Source: Moniliella sp. 'wahieum'
Taxonomy: Eukaryota
Length of the DNA stretch: 64,000 nt
Direction: 5' to 3'
NCBI GenBank assembly: GCA_003971905.1
Contig: RSEE01000024.1
Location: forward strand, 558,001-622,000
The first letter of the stretch is position 1, and each line of letters opens with the position of its first letter. This document shows, piece by piece, positions 36,723 to 49,710 of the stretch. The notes under the pieces were generated by a model. The model was not told the DNA's origin and did not search any database. It saw nothing but the letters and a program-made list of their open reading frames with translations. The translations under genes were made by a program, and so were the position numbers.

Positions 36723-38158
36723 TCAGGAGTCGGTAGGACGATCAGAGTCAAGGGGGGTATAGGATGGAAGGTCGGGCACCGCGGCACCAGGCGGTCGGCG
36801 CGGCCTATGGTACACACCCAAAGAAACGTCGCCCATGGGCAGCGGGATGGGGTTGATCATGCTGCGGTGAGGGTAGTGATGCTGGGTGCTGTTACGGCCC
36901 AAGACATTGTAGGAGCGCATCGAGGCCAATCGGGCTTGCGCGCTGGGCATCTCCGGGATCTGGGCAATCGCTTCTGGAATCGTGCGCGCCCGTAGGGACA
37001 AGTCTTCAGAACCCTTGCGTTGTGTAAAGGAGATCGGGGTACGGGTCTACACAAATGTGCCGCGTTGGGTCAGTTCAACAGGTCAAGGGATCCAGGAGAG
37101 AAAAGGACGTACCGGCACAGCCCACGGCTCCACCTTGCTTACCACTGCACAACGTTCTTTCCCCTGCCCGACCGAGTAGTGGTACAGGCCAATACGCTGA
37201 GCAGCGAGGTGGACCAGGCGGCGTTCCGACGGGGTGAGGGACTTGGAGAAGGTCAGCTCATCCCGCAAGCGATCGTCCCGAAAGAGGAGGACGCGGGAGT
37301 AAATGTCGAGCGTGATGGGGTCATTCAGATTGAGTTCGTCCCGAGGGGACTTGTCACCCAAACCCAACGCCACTCTTTCGGCCTCGGCCATGGGAGGGAA
37401 AAAGCCGCTACCCATGGGTGTGATGGGAGACGCAACGCTGGTCGACGACGGTGTTGGAGGGGTCGAAGCCTCTTGAACCGATACGCTCGACTGCAGAGGA
37501 CGATGTCGCTCGCGTTGCTTTTCAATGTGAAGTGATTGCATTCGTTTCAGCGCCTTGGCCTTCTCGATCCGTTCCTTTTCCCCCTGTTGCAGCACACGCT
37601 TGTGCTCGGTCCGCAGCCTGCGACCGGCCACATCAAACCCATTCAGAGCTGCCACGGCTTGGTCCGCATCCTCGGCGGCATGGAAATTGGCAAAGGCAAG
37701 TCCACGGAACTGACCTTGGTCGTAGTGGTAATTGAACGCATAGGGCAGCGGAAGCTCGAGCTCAGCCATGAGCGTCGTCAGCGCCTCCTGCGGCAAACTA
37801 AAAGGAATGTTCTTGATCACAATCGCGTTGGGAATCACGTCGGTCGGCTCCTGGGCGGGCGAAGGGGGGGTAGTACGGGGATGGGGGCCAAATAACCTGC
37901 TGTGCTCGGGGAAGCACTCAGGATTGGCGTCGGCAGCCCAAATCGCGGGTGCGACGTAGGTGAGACAATGTAGTTGTTGCGCTTGGGAGCTGGCGCCCAC
38001 ATGGAGGAACGGGTGGAGGTGGTGGTAATGGGGAAAGGGGAAGCGGTTACTGTTGGAGAAGGTGTTGGAACAGGAGATGGGACGAAGGAAGATGTGCTTC
38101 CCCGCGTGCTGCTGCTGCGACGGGAGCCGTGAGAGGGGGAGGGACTCGGAGCAAACAT
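36723..38158 (-). CDS. PIN4: RRM + R3H RNA-binding protein (Pin4/Cip2-like); frameshifts
   Basis: IPNAIVIKNIPF, LPYAFNYHYDQGQFRGLAFANF, LNGFDVAGRRLRTEHKRVL, LNLNDPITLDIYSRVLLF, ERRLVHLAAQRIGLYHYSVGQG. Confidence 0.88.
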
Positions 38159-38241
38159 GAGGCGTCGGGATGGGGAAGGAGGAGGAGTCGTTGGGATTGT
38201 CGTTGTCGTGGCTCGTGGCTGTTGTCGTGGTCGTTAGATAT

Positions 38242-38327
38242 GGAGGGGGAGGGGGGGAGGGGGGGGGAAGGGGAGAGGGAGAGAGGGAGGGAGGAGAGAG
38301 GGGGGGGAGAGGGGGAGGGGAGAGGGG
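38242..38327 (+). repeat. About 85-nt pure G/A homopurine tract just upstream of the PIN4-like gene
   Basis: Only G and A from about 38242 to 38327, with many G runs. Confidence 0.85.
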
Positions 38328-38817
38328 CCGCGCAGCAGCAGCAAGATGGCGATGGCAAAAAGACAAAGACACGCCAGCCAAGCGGCTTGGACTGCAAGTT
38401 GTCCAACGTGAGCAGCGCTACGCCTCAGTGAAGTAGACACTGGAGCCTGTCAAAAAAGCATAGTGGCTGCAGTGTCAGCTTCAGCGCCAGCCGCAAGTGC
38501 GGACGCTGCCCCTGCGCGGGGGAAGCAGGGGCTTCTGAGATGAGGCAAGTGGGGCAGTGGGGCACGGAGGCAGTGTACGTACCCTGGGGGGCTACAGTTC
38601 GGCAGCCTAGCCGCCCGGCCATGCCCCTCGCCAGCCCCTGCAACCCCTGGAACCAGCAACAACAATAACTTTACCCAGGGCCTTAGTCCGCACGCCGAAA
38701 GGAACACGAGGCGGTGGCGGCGATGGCCACAATCGTGATGTGTGATTGTGTGAGCATGCGGCTCTGTTGTATTAATAGGCGTTGTCGCTGCAACAGGGGG
38801 GGGGCTCACGCGCTCAC

Positions 38818-39315
38818 ACGCGTGAAGCTTGAAGCTCTTGAAGCTTGACCGGGATTGGTGCATCACCAACATCACGTCCCAGGGACGCGCATCACATTTC
38901 AAACGGGGCTCTGCACGGCTCTGCCTCGCCCTGCTGGTCCACTTTTCGGCTTGTGCGCGGTCCGCTTGCCAGCCTGCACGTCACCGCGTCACCCGCCATG
39001 GTCCTTGACCAGCTGGATCCAGCAGCCAGCAATCCTGCCTGGCCAGCGCGAATCCCCACATCCGTCTCATGCGCCACCTCGTGTACATGTGCACGCACAT
39101 GTGCCTGTGCCTTATTGCAGCTCCTGGATCCGGCCATCTGCCTGTACCAGCAGCTGGGTGGGGTGTGTCAGCCGCGCTTGTCTGTTGTGGGTGATTAATG
39201 ATTTCCGACATTGGCCTCGTGTTGCGTTTATGACCCCCAAAAGCTCTCACATCTCGGGTTCAACGTTCAACGTTCAACACGGTCAATGTACGCTCAAGCT
39301 TCAAGCTTCAAGCTA
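38818..39315. repeat. Palindromic heptamer arrays upstream of the PIN4-like gene
   Basis: ACGCGT G AAGCTT G AAGCTC at 38818; (AACGTT-C)2 at 39262; (AAGCTT-C)2 AAGCTA at 39296. Confidence 0.85.
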
Positions 39316-40657
39316 GCGCAGTGTGATCTTTGAGCGCTTACGTGGGACCCTGTGGCGTGGATGCGACGGGTGGCGATGAATAAGCGCGCAACAAGCCCCG
39401 AACAAACGTGCAGCACACAGGGGCGAGCTGCTTAAGCGTGCGCAGCCTCCAAGTCCATTCAGAGTCAATAGTCAGCTCCCCTCGCTCCCCAACACCTCCC
39501 GCCCCTGAATTGGAATGGGATCATCCACTTTCCCACCGTTTCAAACGCGTGGGTGAACACGCCTTGAATCTTCAAGCTTCAGGCTTGACTATATATAGCC
39601 GTTCAAATTGTGCCCATCCTTTGGTACCTGTTCCTCTTCTGCCTTGGGCCATGCTGTCTTTTTGTGGTTTTGGAGCGCACGTACCTAACCCACTGTGAAT
39701 GATTCTATCTGTAGCCGATGCCAACCCACCATCGTGTACTACCACCCATCTTGCGCCCATGACCGAATGCTGTCTTGGCGCCATCTTTCTGTCGTAATGT
39801 CTTTGTCCATACTCTCATAGAAGGCGGTCTGGCTCCGTAGTAATGCAATACAATGATGCACCCACGTGCCGTTCTCACTGGGCACACGAGACTCCACGAT
39901 CGGAACGGATGCATGAGAAGAGGTGTAAGACTCATAAAAGTATTCTACAAAGGATGGATGGCGCAACGGCGATTGTCCAAGAGGAGTACAAGTGCGGGAG
40001 ACGATAAAGACATATTGACAAAAACTATAAGAGGATTGTGGGACTGGAATCCTTCGTTGGGCAAGAGGGTATAGAACAAGAGGTAGAAACCACTTGGAAA
40101 ATCTTGAGATGCATTAAGAGAGAGCACGGATGCAGTATTACGCTTCGGATGGATTTTTTAAGGTTGAGTGAGTACTAGCATCAGGCGGATTGTCCTGTTG
40201 GGACCTGTGGTCCCTTACATAGGCCAAGGCGCCTTGCCTTATCACCCTTTGTCCCTTATTTGACCTCCGAAGCCTCCACATGTATACTCTGGCTTGTTCG
40301 AACCCCTGTCTCCTCTTGGTGTGGCAGAAGACTTAGAGTTCAGCACCACCGCGATTGCATTGCTCTCTATTTCCAGAGGTTCTCCACCCAAATCCTTGGG
40401 TCCCTCCGGTCTTACATGGTCGTCTTGACGTGCTAGAAACAAACCCTTCCCACAAAGTGAAACCAACGTCCGTGTGATCCGGAGGCGGAGCAATGGGATG
40501 GGGGCTACGATAGTTCATTCACTCCTGTTTGTACAATTCTTTGAGGATTGGGATGCTTAAGGAACCAGATAGACGCAGCGAATCATCACTGCAAGAGGTG
40601 GGAGATTGCGAGCGTGGGGCTGAGCGTGGGAGGGGGGATGTACGCGGACCAAATGCA

Positions 40658-42495
40658 TTAGCTGTCCAAGACGGAGCGCAAAGGAGGCAATTGCGTTGGG
40701 CTAGGCCCCGGCGGAGACGGTCGTACGATGGGCGTCATTGCCACTAACGGGGCTAGTTGGGGAAGTAGTTTGGCCTTATGGGTCATGGCCGGTGAAGTAG
40801 ACCTTGATGCGGGCAAAGAAGCTGGCAAGGAAGCGGGAAACGACGAGGCTGGTTCAGCACGAGGGGAAGAACCGGAACTATTGGGCGGGAAGAAGGATTG
40901 AGGGCTAGCGGCAGAACGATGGTAGCTCAACCCAGGCGTGGAGGGAATGGTGCTCGGATAGTCGGACATGGGAGAGGAAGAGGTGGAAAGGGGCGTAAAG
41001 GATAGCGAAAGCGGAGCAAGTCGAGGCGAACCAGGCGCGGAGCGAGCCCCACGAGTCGGCAAACGAGTGCGCATAGGCCCAACAGTCGGGCCCGAGGGGC
41101 CAGGAGCACCCGAAAGAAGGTCCACAATGCGGGCACCACCCCTTGGACGTTGAGTCTCGTCAACCTTCTGATTGGAAGTACCATACGAAGGAGAACGAAC
41201 GAGATGTGGGCGGGAGCCACCAACGGGCGTGATCGCCAAAGCACGAACTGCACGGCCTCGGGATGTCGCCCCGGGGCGAATAGGGATAAGAACGGACGCG
41301 GTAGCTGTCCAGGTGTCCGGGCGGGTGAATTGCACCCGCCTCCCACGAAGAGGAACCAACAGAGGGGGATACAGAGCGGCGCTCGACGGATTGGGAGATC
41401 CCGGCCGCGACCCAAATGGCGTGTTTGGAACGGTATGAGCCATGCGGAGTGACATGTTGCGCAGCGATCCCAGGACAGGTGAGCCGGATGGGGTGTAGGC
41501 GTGTGGCTTGGGCAGCTCACGGTTACTAGCCAATACACTTTCCTCGTCCGATACCTCGTCATTGAAATTGGGACGGGTGAATGGGGCAAGATGGGGTGAT
41601 GTTGCGACGCTCGACACGGCTGATTCGGCAGCGTTGAGAGGACGGTAGGCAGGCGTCTGATAGGCAGAGTAGCGCGGTGCAGCATCAAAGTTGTTGCGCA
41701 CTGCACTGGCAATCTGCTCGTGATATGAGTTGAGACAGCCGGAATGGTCGCACTGAGGCGGCGTGGGAACCGGTCCATGGGGGTGGGCATCAGTGTGCGT
41801 AGGAGTGTGAGAATGGGCATGGCCATTGGGGCAACCAGGGCGGTGGTCCAACTCGTGGAGCTCGTCCGATGCGAGCTGGGCAAGCGTATTCATGGTGCGG
41901 GAGGGGCGGTAGCCATCATAGCGAGTACGGTACTCGGTGCTGGGATAGCCCTTGTCGTACTCCTGTCCATGATGAGGCAGGGAAGGCATGGCGGGGGCGG
42001 CCTCGCGGACAATGCCTACCGGCACGGCGGGCTGGTGGTCGTCCCAAGGGGTGTAGGCGGTGGGATAGGGCGATGGAAGCATGGCCATGCCCATGGGTGC
42101 AGGCTGGCCGACAGGAGGGGGAGGCTGGGCGAAGCGGTTGCGTTTGGGGTTGGAGTGGATGCGCATATGGCGTGTGAGCTCGTCAGAGCGAGAGAAGCGT
42201 TTGCCGCAGCCTGGGTGCGTGCACGCATGAGGCTTCTCGCCAGTGGGGTGCGGATGTGGCGGGTCTAGCAGAAGGGGCAAGCGTCAGTACACTCTGCTGA
42301 ACGCGAGCTGGCCGGAGGCCTGGGAAGAAGGGGAAGAGATGGCAGCCGGCGTACCTGATGCTCCAGACGGTAGAAAGCGCGTGGGCAAAGAGGGCATTTG
42401 TAGGGGCGGGGGATCTTGCTGCGATCGGATGTGCCGGCAGCGAGGGCGGCGCTAGTGGCAGCAGCCGCGGCGTCCCTGTCGTCAGCACCAGACAT
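40658..42495 (-). CDS. creA: C2H2 zinc-finger carbon catabolite repressor CreA/Mig1; intron 42265-42354; frameshifts
   Basis: [25 protein letters not shown](H)[31 protein letters not shown]-terminal LPPLRSV resembles the Mig1 effector motif. Confidence 0.92.
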
Positions 42496-43223
42496 GGTGG
42501 GGGCTGTGGTGGCGATGGTGTGTGGTGGTGGTGTCCAGGCGGGAAGAGGGCGAGAGACGGGGAGGCGACGGTTGCGGATTACGCAGCTCTTACAGCCCGA
42601 GCGAGCGAGCGGCGCGGGCAGCAGGCCCAACTGAATATTTGAATCAATCGTTTGAGGCGGGCAGCGGGGGGGGGCGCTTGGGGGCAGTGTGCTGCATCTG
42701 GGGGACCCGCAAGACTTGTGCTGCCCTGGGCGCGCACGGCGCCAGTCTTCCCCGGGCAGTCCCCGCTGCAGGAGAGCGTGCGGTGTGGTGCGGCTGCCGA
42801 GCTAGCCCCGGCCGACGGCGCCATGCACGACAGCGGTCCCGCGGGGGCTCTTACGTAGCGCCGCACCAGCCCGCAGCCGGCCCGGCAGCCGGCGTCTGCG
42901 CTTGCGAGTGCTGCCGCAGTGTGCCCCTTGCTGCCACCGCCCGTCCCAGCCCATCCCCCCGGCGCATGGTGTGATGGGTGATGGGTGTGCTGCGTCACGG
43001 CGTCACCCCATCTCCACCCGCACTGGTGCGCTGTCTCTCGCGCCCGCCTGCCCCCGGCTGCGCTGGCGGGTGGAGTGGGACAGGGACCAGCGCGCTCTGA
43101 AGCCAATTTCAAACCCCAGATGATCGAGTGCCTGGGGTGGCGTTGCAAGCAGGGCCTGCCCAGTACCCATCGACCATCGAACATCGTGCATCGACCATCC
43201 TGCATCCCCTGTAGTTGCTGCTA

Positions 43224-45603
43224 ACCAGTCACGAGTCACTAGTAAGGTCGAGGGAAGCAACCGCTACTATGTAAGTGACAATACGTGACAGTCACCAAGT
43301 GGCTACTGGCTGCGACGCACGCATCACGCGTCGCTAGTCACTATAGCACTCGTGACCAGATCGGTGACCGGTGATCGACGATTGAATGAGAAATGCACAC
43401 CGTTGCTGACCATCCCGCCGGCAACCATCACACGCCCGCCCGCCGCCACTATGTATACAAGTGCACAAGCCTCCATGTCTTTCTGCTCCCTCGTCTCCAC
43501 TTTCGTGGATTTTCGCTGCATTCGACCTGCGTTTCTCCGATTCTGAGACCTAACCCTTCGATGCTTCAAGCTTCACTTCCCTGCCAGGACCGCACAGAAA
43601 AGCACTCTGCCTGGGTGGAATCGAATTGAACGCAACGGACAAAAAACGTATTACCCCCCAGTGGTGTGTGTATACTTCGCTACCGCGCGTGGAACGCATA
43701 AAGCTTCCGCTGATTTAAGCGCTAAGCTCAAGAATCACGCCCAGGGGAGAGGGCGTTCGCGGCCTTTTTGGTACAAGTTTTGGTACAAGTGTCAAATCGT
43801 TGGGACATTATATAATGGTGGGAATTGCCCAGTGCTTAGCTCAGGCGCTCAGATCTCAAGCGAGGCCTCAGGTCAGGCTGAGAACGCTGAGCCAGTCCGA
43901 GTGCTGAGACCCATCAGCGCATCAGCAGGCACATTCAGATCTGAGTAATACTCCTGACTCTGCACTAATAATGGCTACGTGCCTCGTCAAGCGCTCGGGC
44001 CTCGGCCCCTCTCCTGAGGCCTCAGGCCTCAGGGGCCTCTTGAGCATGACGCGTGACGCTTGAAGGCGATTGAGAAAGAGGCCGTATTAAGGGCGCAGCG
44101 GTTGGGCAAGGGGGACGACGGAACGTATTTCGAAGGTATGTCACATATCCATCCTCTGAATCTGAGGTCTGAGGGATTTGAGGCCTGAGGCTCAGGCCCT
44201 GAGGCCTCTCATCCATCGATCATCTCCCGGAGGTATCGAAAGTACCAGGCAGCTATAGAGGAGGGAAGAGGGTATATCTTGTTTGACTTTATCTCGACGC
44301 ATTCGGCCTTCGTGTGCACGGCAGGAGGGCTGGACAGGTTACCGGTTAGCCTTACTATATAGAGCTTGTTCGCGCCAAACTAAGCGCGAAGTGTCAAACG
44401 CGGATTAAGAAGAAGAAAAGCTTTCATAATAAACCACAAGTGTCTAACGGGGCGCCAAATGGTGCATGGACCAACTAGCTCCTCTGCGAGGCGCTCACTT
44501 GGGGCTCCGCGCCCCACGGACGTGCTCCGCCGTTTGTACTGTGTGTGAACGCTGAACGAGCAAAGCACAGGCCAAGCACACGGTAATTGGTACCCTTTAA
44601 TCGGTAAAGTTTCTTGATGCTGAAGTTTGACGTGTGATGTGTGATGCATGATGGTGCGACGAGCCCTCCGGCCTCCCGACGGTGTACGGTACCTGGCTTT
44701 GTTAAGGTGATTTTCGGGGGGTGTTGTGTGGAGTGTGGCAGACGGAGGGCAGGCGAGGCAGAGCGAGGCCACGTGGTGAAGTTTTAAGTATGTGATACCG
44801 TGACGGGTTTGATGCTGTCGGCAGCGCATAACGCGCAAGGCGCAGCGCATAACACGTGGACGGTGCCGTCTGGTGCCGGCATGGAACAGCTGGGAACCGC
44901 TGGAACATCCGCAAGCGCCAGCGCTCAAGCGCTCAAGTGAGCGAGTGACTAGCAGCTAGTGATTTCTGTAACCATGTACGTACTCAGTCTCGGTGGCCCG
45001 TGCTGCAGATGCATGATGCATGATAGCATGATGCTGCAGTGTTAGTCATGTTAGTGAAGCGTGACGCGTGAAGCCACTGATGCATGATGCATTGCATGCT
45101 GCAATTGCGGCGATACTGAAAATGTTGGCGGTAATGCGGTAACCGGTACACGTTAAACGCAACCGGCGGAAGAAGAGGAAGAGATTCGGTAATCAGGAAT
45201 CCTGATGAAGTAATCGATAAACGCTGTTCGATGACCAGCGACAATCGATCATCGATCACTCGATCACAGGCCATTAGTAAGTAGGGGTGCCATGCATCAG
45301 GTAAACCTTCAACTAATTTCACTAGTCACTAGCTCTTCGTCGATCCTGTTCTCTCTCCCTCTACCAGTGGATCTTTTGCTGCCCTTGGTACTTTTGGTCT
45401 CCCTCGCATCGCGCGACCCTTAGGCCTTAGGCCTTACAGAGGGCAACTTATTGATATCCGTGATAGATCAGATGATCAATCTGATTGGTCAGGCTGTCAG
45501 GCAACTGTGGTACTGGCTGATGCGCTGATGTCCCTCTCTCTCGCGTGGAGGATAGGAATAATCAAGAACAAGTGACCGGCCGGTGTCCGGTAACCGGTAA
45601 CCC
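43224..45603. repeat. Dense field of 7-bp-period palindromic hexamer arrays upstream of creA
   Basis: Examples: ACCAGT C ACGAGT C ACTAGT 43224; ATCGGT G ACCGGT G ATCGAC 43360; (AGGCCT-C)2 44017; (ATGCAT-G)2 45009; (ATCGAT-C)2 45244; (AGGCCT-T)2 45422; ccggtaaccggtaacc near 45586. Confidence 0.85.
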
Positions 45604-46211
45604 TTGGTCGTCCTCCTTCGCTCACTGATGTTACACTTCTAAGTTTTAACCAATTGCATCAGAAGTTTAGTACAAGACGTCCACCCTTGTGGAACGCCAA
45701 CAAGAGAAAAAGAGGGAGAGCTGCATCTCTCGATTCTTATCTATACACTCTCTCGAGCGCATTCTATGGAAGACGCACTCAAATTCCTTTCATGATGCAT
45801 TGCATGAAGCTAGCGTACCATTACACCAAAAATTCCTAAGATGTTTGAACCATTATACCCTTTTTGCTCTGCCAGGCTTTGAGATGAATGTGGAGGTGTT
45901 CTTGCAGGCGAAAGGGCTAGTCAACGCGCGTATCATTCACATCTTCTATCTGAATGATTTGATGCAACAGCCTTTCCCTTGGATGCACCCTTGAGCTTAC
46001 GACCTGTACAGCAGTTTCACATTACATTCTCAGCAAGAGCCCCACTAACGCATTGTACTGATCCTCTGATCCTCCCATTCGATGTGTTCAAAAAGGTACC
46101 AATGCTACTGACGTTGGCCTCATCACAGTTCGCCTGCGCCAAAACCAGGACGTGGGCAAGGAAGATGTAGTAAGAAGGGCATAGAAGGATTCGGCTGTAG
46201 CCACCTCGCGC

Positions 46212-47950
46212 TTACGGCTCCAGACGCTTGGGGTCACGGGGGAACATGGAGGCAAGTCGAATGTTGCCAAGGCCGAGGTAGAACTCAACCACACGCTCGA
46301 GCCCAATACCGCCGCCGGCATGGGGCGGAGCGCCAGCTTGAAAGCGTCCACATAAGGTTGGAGCGACTCGGGGGAACGCCGAGTTCCTTCATGCGACTCA
46401 CGAGCAGATCCGCGTCGTGGATACGCTGGGCACCCGACAGCACCTCTTGTCCGCGCATAAACATGTCGAACGAGTTGGAGTAGCGAGGGTCGGCTGCGTT
46501 GGGCATCGTGTAGAAAGGACGAACGGCGGAAGGGAATTGGTCCAGAACGTAAAAGTCAGTCTGGTATTTTTCCCGGACCAGCGCACCGAGCTTCTTTCAG
46601 TGGGCGTGTCCAAGTCCTCAAAGTCCGGCCAGTCAATACCGTTCTCCCGCAGCAGCTTGATGCCGTCAGCCCAGTGGAGGATAACAGGCTTCTCAGGACG
46701 AGGAACTCTTCCCGGGTACTGACGCTTGACAATGTCAATCTGCTTGGCGTAGCGCTTAGGCAGCTCGAGGAAGATGTGGTGGAAAAGACCAGCAATGAGC
46801 TCGAGCGCCTCGTGGTAATGTTCCTTGAAAGCCATCTCGAGATCTAGACCGATAAACTCAGTCAGATGGCGCGCTGTATTCGAGTTTCCGCACGGAAAAC
46901 AGGGCCAATCTCGTAGACACGGTCAAAGTCAGCAGCAATGGCCATCTGCTTGCCCAGCTGCGGGGACTGGGCCAGGAAAGCTTTGCCGTTGAAGTACTTG
47001 ACCTCAAACACGGTCGCTCCTGACTCTGTCGCACCACCTTGGAGCTTGGCTGTGTGAATTTCAACAAAGTTCTCGTTGGTCAAGTACTCGCGGAAGAGGT
47101 TGCCAACAGCCGCCTGCACCTGGAAGATGGCCTGGTTGGTGGGGGTACGCAGGTCCAACACACGGTTGTCAAGACGCGTGTCCAGACCAATGATGGGCAT
47201 GGGCTGAGCCGTCGACTGCGACGCCTGCACCTCGGCGTCGGAACGGGTCGCATCCTGCACCGAGAATTTTTGTTCCAGCGTAGGGATGACCTTGGTGATT
47301 CGAATGGATTCTCAATCTTGATCTCGGCATCCTTGACCGTAATAGCAGCCGAGCTGATAGGCGTGTTGACCTTGTTCACCACACCCTGAACAATGACAAG
47401 CGTCTCGTTGGGCAGACTGCAGGCCACTTGATCATCTTGCCGCGAAACCTTCTCGGGCGTCTCCGCGAGGACAGCCTGGGCAACATCCAGGCGGTCACGA
47501 AGGACGAGGAAGACAAGCTTGGCACTGGTAAGACGCGCTGACTGGACACGCACCTGGAGGTGCACGCGCTGACCATCCTTGCTGGCGTCGATCTCGTGCA
47601 GGTTGGCCCACTGGAGGCGCGGGCGCTCTGGGATTGGTTGAGCGGGGCCTGGCCGTAGTACTGCGACGCAAAGTCGGCCTCGTTCTCGCGAGCAGCCTTC
47701 TCGGCGGCCAGTTTAGCGGCACGCTCCTCCTTCTGGCGCTTTCTCAGCCTTTTCGGCGCGCTTACGCTTCTGCTTGTCGGACGAGGCGTGCCATCGGGGC
47801 TGGAGGGGGGGGGGGGTTAGTCTCGGGGCGGGGGGCTTGAGGATGGCAGGGAACGCACTTGAGCTCTTCGCCGGCGGCGGGAGCAGCCGCGGCAGGAGCA
47901 GGGGCAGCGGGTGCGGGGGTAGGGACGGTAGGCTTAGTCTCGTCGGCCAT
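46212..47950 (-). CDS. DPS1: Cytosolic aspartyl-tRNA synthetase; intron 47800-47858; many frameshifts
   Basis: [77 protein letters not shown], terminal [19 protein letters not shown]. Confidence 0.95.
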
Positions 47951-49710
47951 GGCGAATGGGGGGGTGGTGTTGGTGGGGGCGTGGAAGGCACGTGGCGCTG
48001 ATGGATTGTGAGCTAAGCTGCGAGGTCCAACGTTCATACACAGCCGCAGACAGGGGGCGGAATGCAGGTGGTACCTGCTTGACTTTGAACGTTGAACTTC
48101 CACGGCGAGTCTTGGCCGGCCGGGGCCGACATTGGCTACACTCGCTCCATGGGAACAAACAGGCCCAGGAGAGAACACACCGCCTGCGCCCCACTCTACC
48201 CCCGCTCTGGTGGGGGTGCCTGGCACAGACTGGCTGGGCTTGGCGTCCCCCCATCCTTTCCGGTCCCTGCCCATCGATGGCAGCCAATCCGGCAGGCCCG
48301 TCTTGGATAAGAGGTGCAGGCGGAAATGCTCCATGGAGTATTTGTTCTTTTTTCTCGTCCGACTCACGCAATCGAACAGCACCACAGATAAACCAAGTGC
48401 AATCATCCTCACTCTATCTATGATGGAGCCCCTGGCGCTGGTATTGGCCACGGCAGTACTTCGACTAAACTTCAGCGGGAAGGAGGGAGTTGGAGTCGGT
48501 GGCTGCAATAGGAACGGTGCCCTGGAGCGGCCCACACAGACGGAGCTGAACCCCGTTACACGCAGGACACTCTGCGGCCTGAGCACAACGGACAGTGGAC
48601 CGATGCTGTTGGTGGGCTAAAGGATGCTGTACCCGCTTGACTCGATGAACGTTGACATGATACCGCTGGACGAGGGAGTGCACGGACCAGGAGAGCTGAA
48701 CCTGGTATACGCGCTCAGGCGATGGGGCGGCGTGGGTAAACCGCAGCTTAGCCGCTAATATGCTTCAGGGCGATTGTCAGCCAGAGGGTATATTGGCGTA
48801 GAATCAATTCCACAGCACCACCACGGAACACTATCGACCTCCGTCACTGCACCGCATGGTTGTCGGGTAGGTCTCGTCGTGCCACGGCGAGTCAGCCCTC
48901 CGGAGAACACGCTCGACCTCTTCACAGGCTATCGAAGGCTGCCAACCAAACACGAAGCGAGAGGTCGTTTTTGGGAGAGCAAACTGTTCGGCCTTACGTC
49001 CATTGTTCACGTTTTGGACTTGAACCTTGTGGTGTACTCCACGCTCCTTGGACAATGAGATCGAGCAGCTGGGCTTTGCGGGCAAAGTGTACGGCGCCTA
49101 TTATGTGCGCGGCCAGGCGCTCAAACGAGGGTTTCTACGGCGCGCCCCCCGCACTGACTAGTGACTGGCCTCAGCAACGATGACGCGTGCAAGAGGTGGA
49201 GAGCGATGAGTAGGTGCTGATTTGGCCGTGCTGCTACGGCGCGCCTCCTCCCGCAGGCGACTCGCCGGAGCTGACGACGAAGCGGTTCTAACGGGTACCA
49301 CACGATCACAATCCCTCCCTTGCCGAGGCGGGTATACGACGGGGCTTGCTGTGGCGCACATGGCGACTCGCTTCGATCGCCCGACGAGCAGGAGTCGGAG
49401 AAGCTGGCAGACGAGCAGATGGCCAAGCGCGAGCTGGCTATGCGCGTGCGCTGCATCTGCTCGAGGACGGCATGGGCATCCCTCTCACCGCCCGCGAGGC
49501 CCGCATGCCAGCGTGTGCACCGTTATTAGGCGGGCGAAGCCAGCTGCGGTCGGGCGAGCGCCGACAGCCACCGCTTACTGACGAATGACGCGTGACGTGG
49601 CAGCCGGGGCAGATTGCTTACGTACTGCTCCGGCCCGCCCTGCCTTCTTGGTCGGTCGCTGTGCCAGCGGACGCGTGAAGCGCAGCCACCACCGCCGGAC
49701 GATCGCCGCC

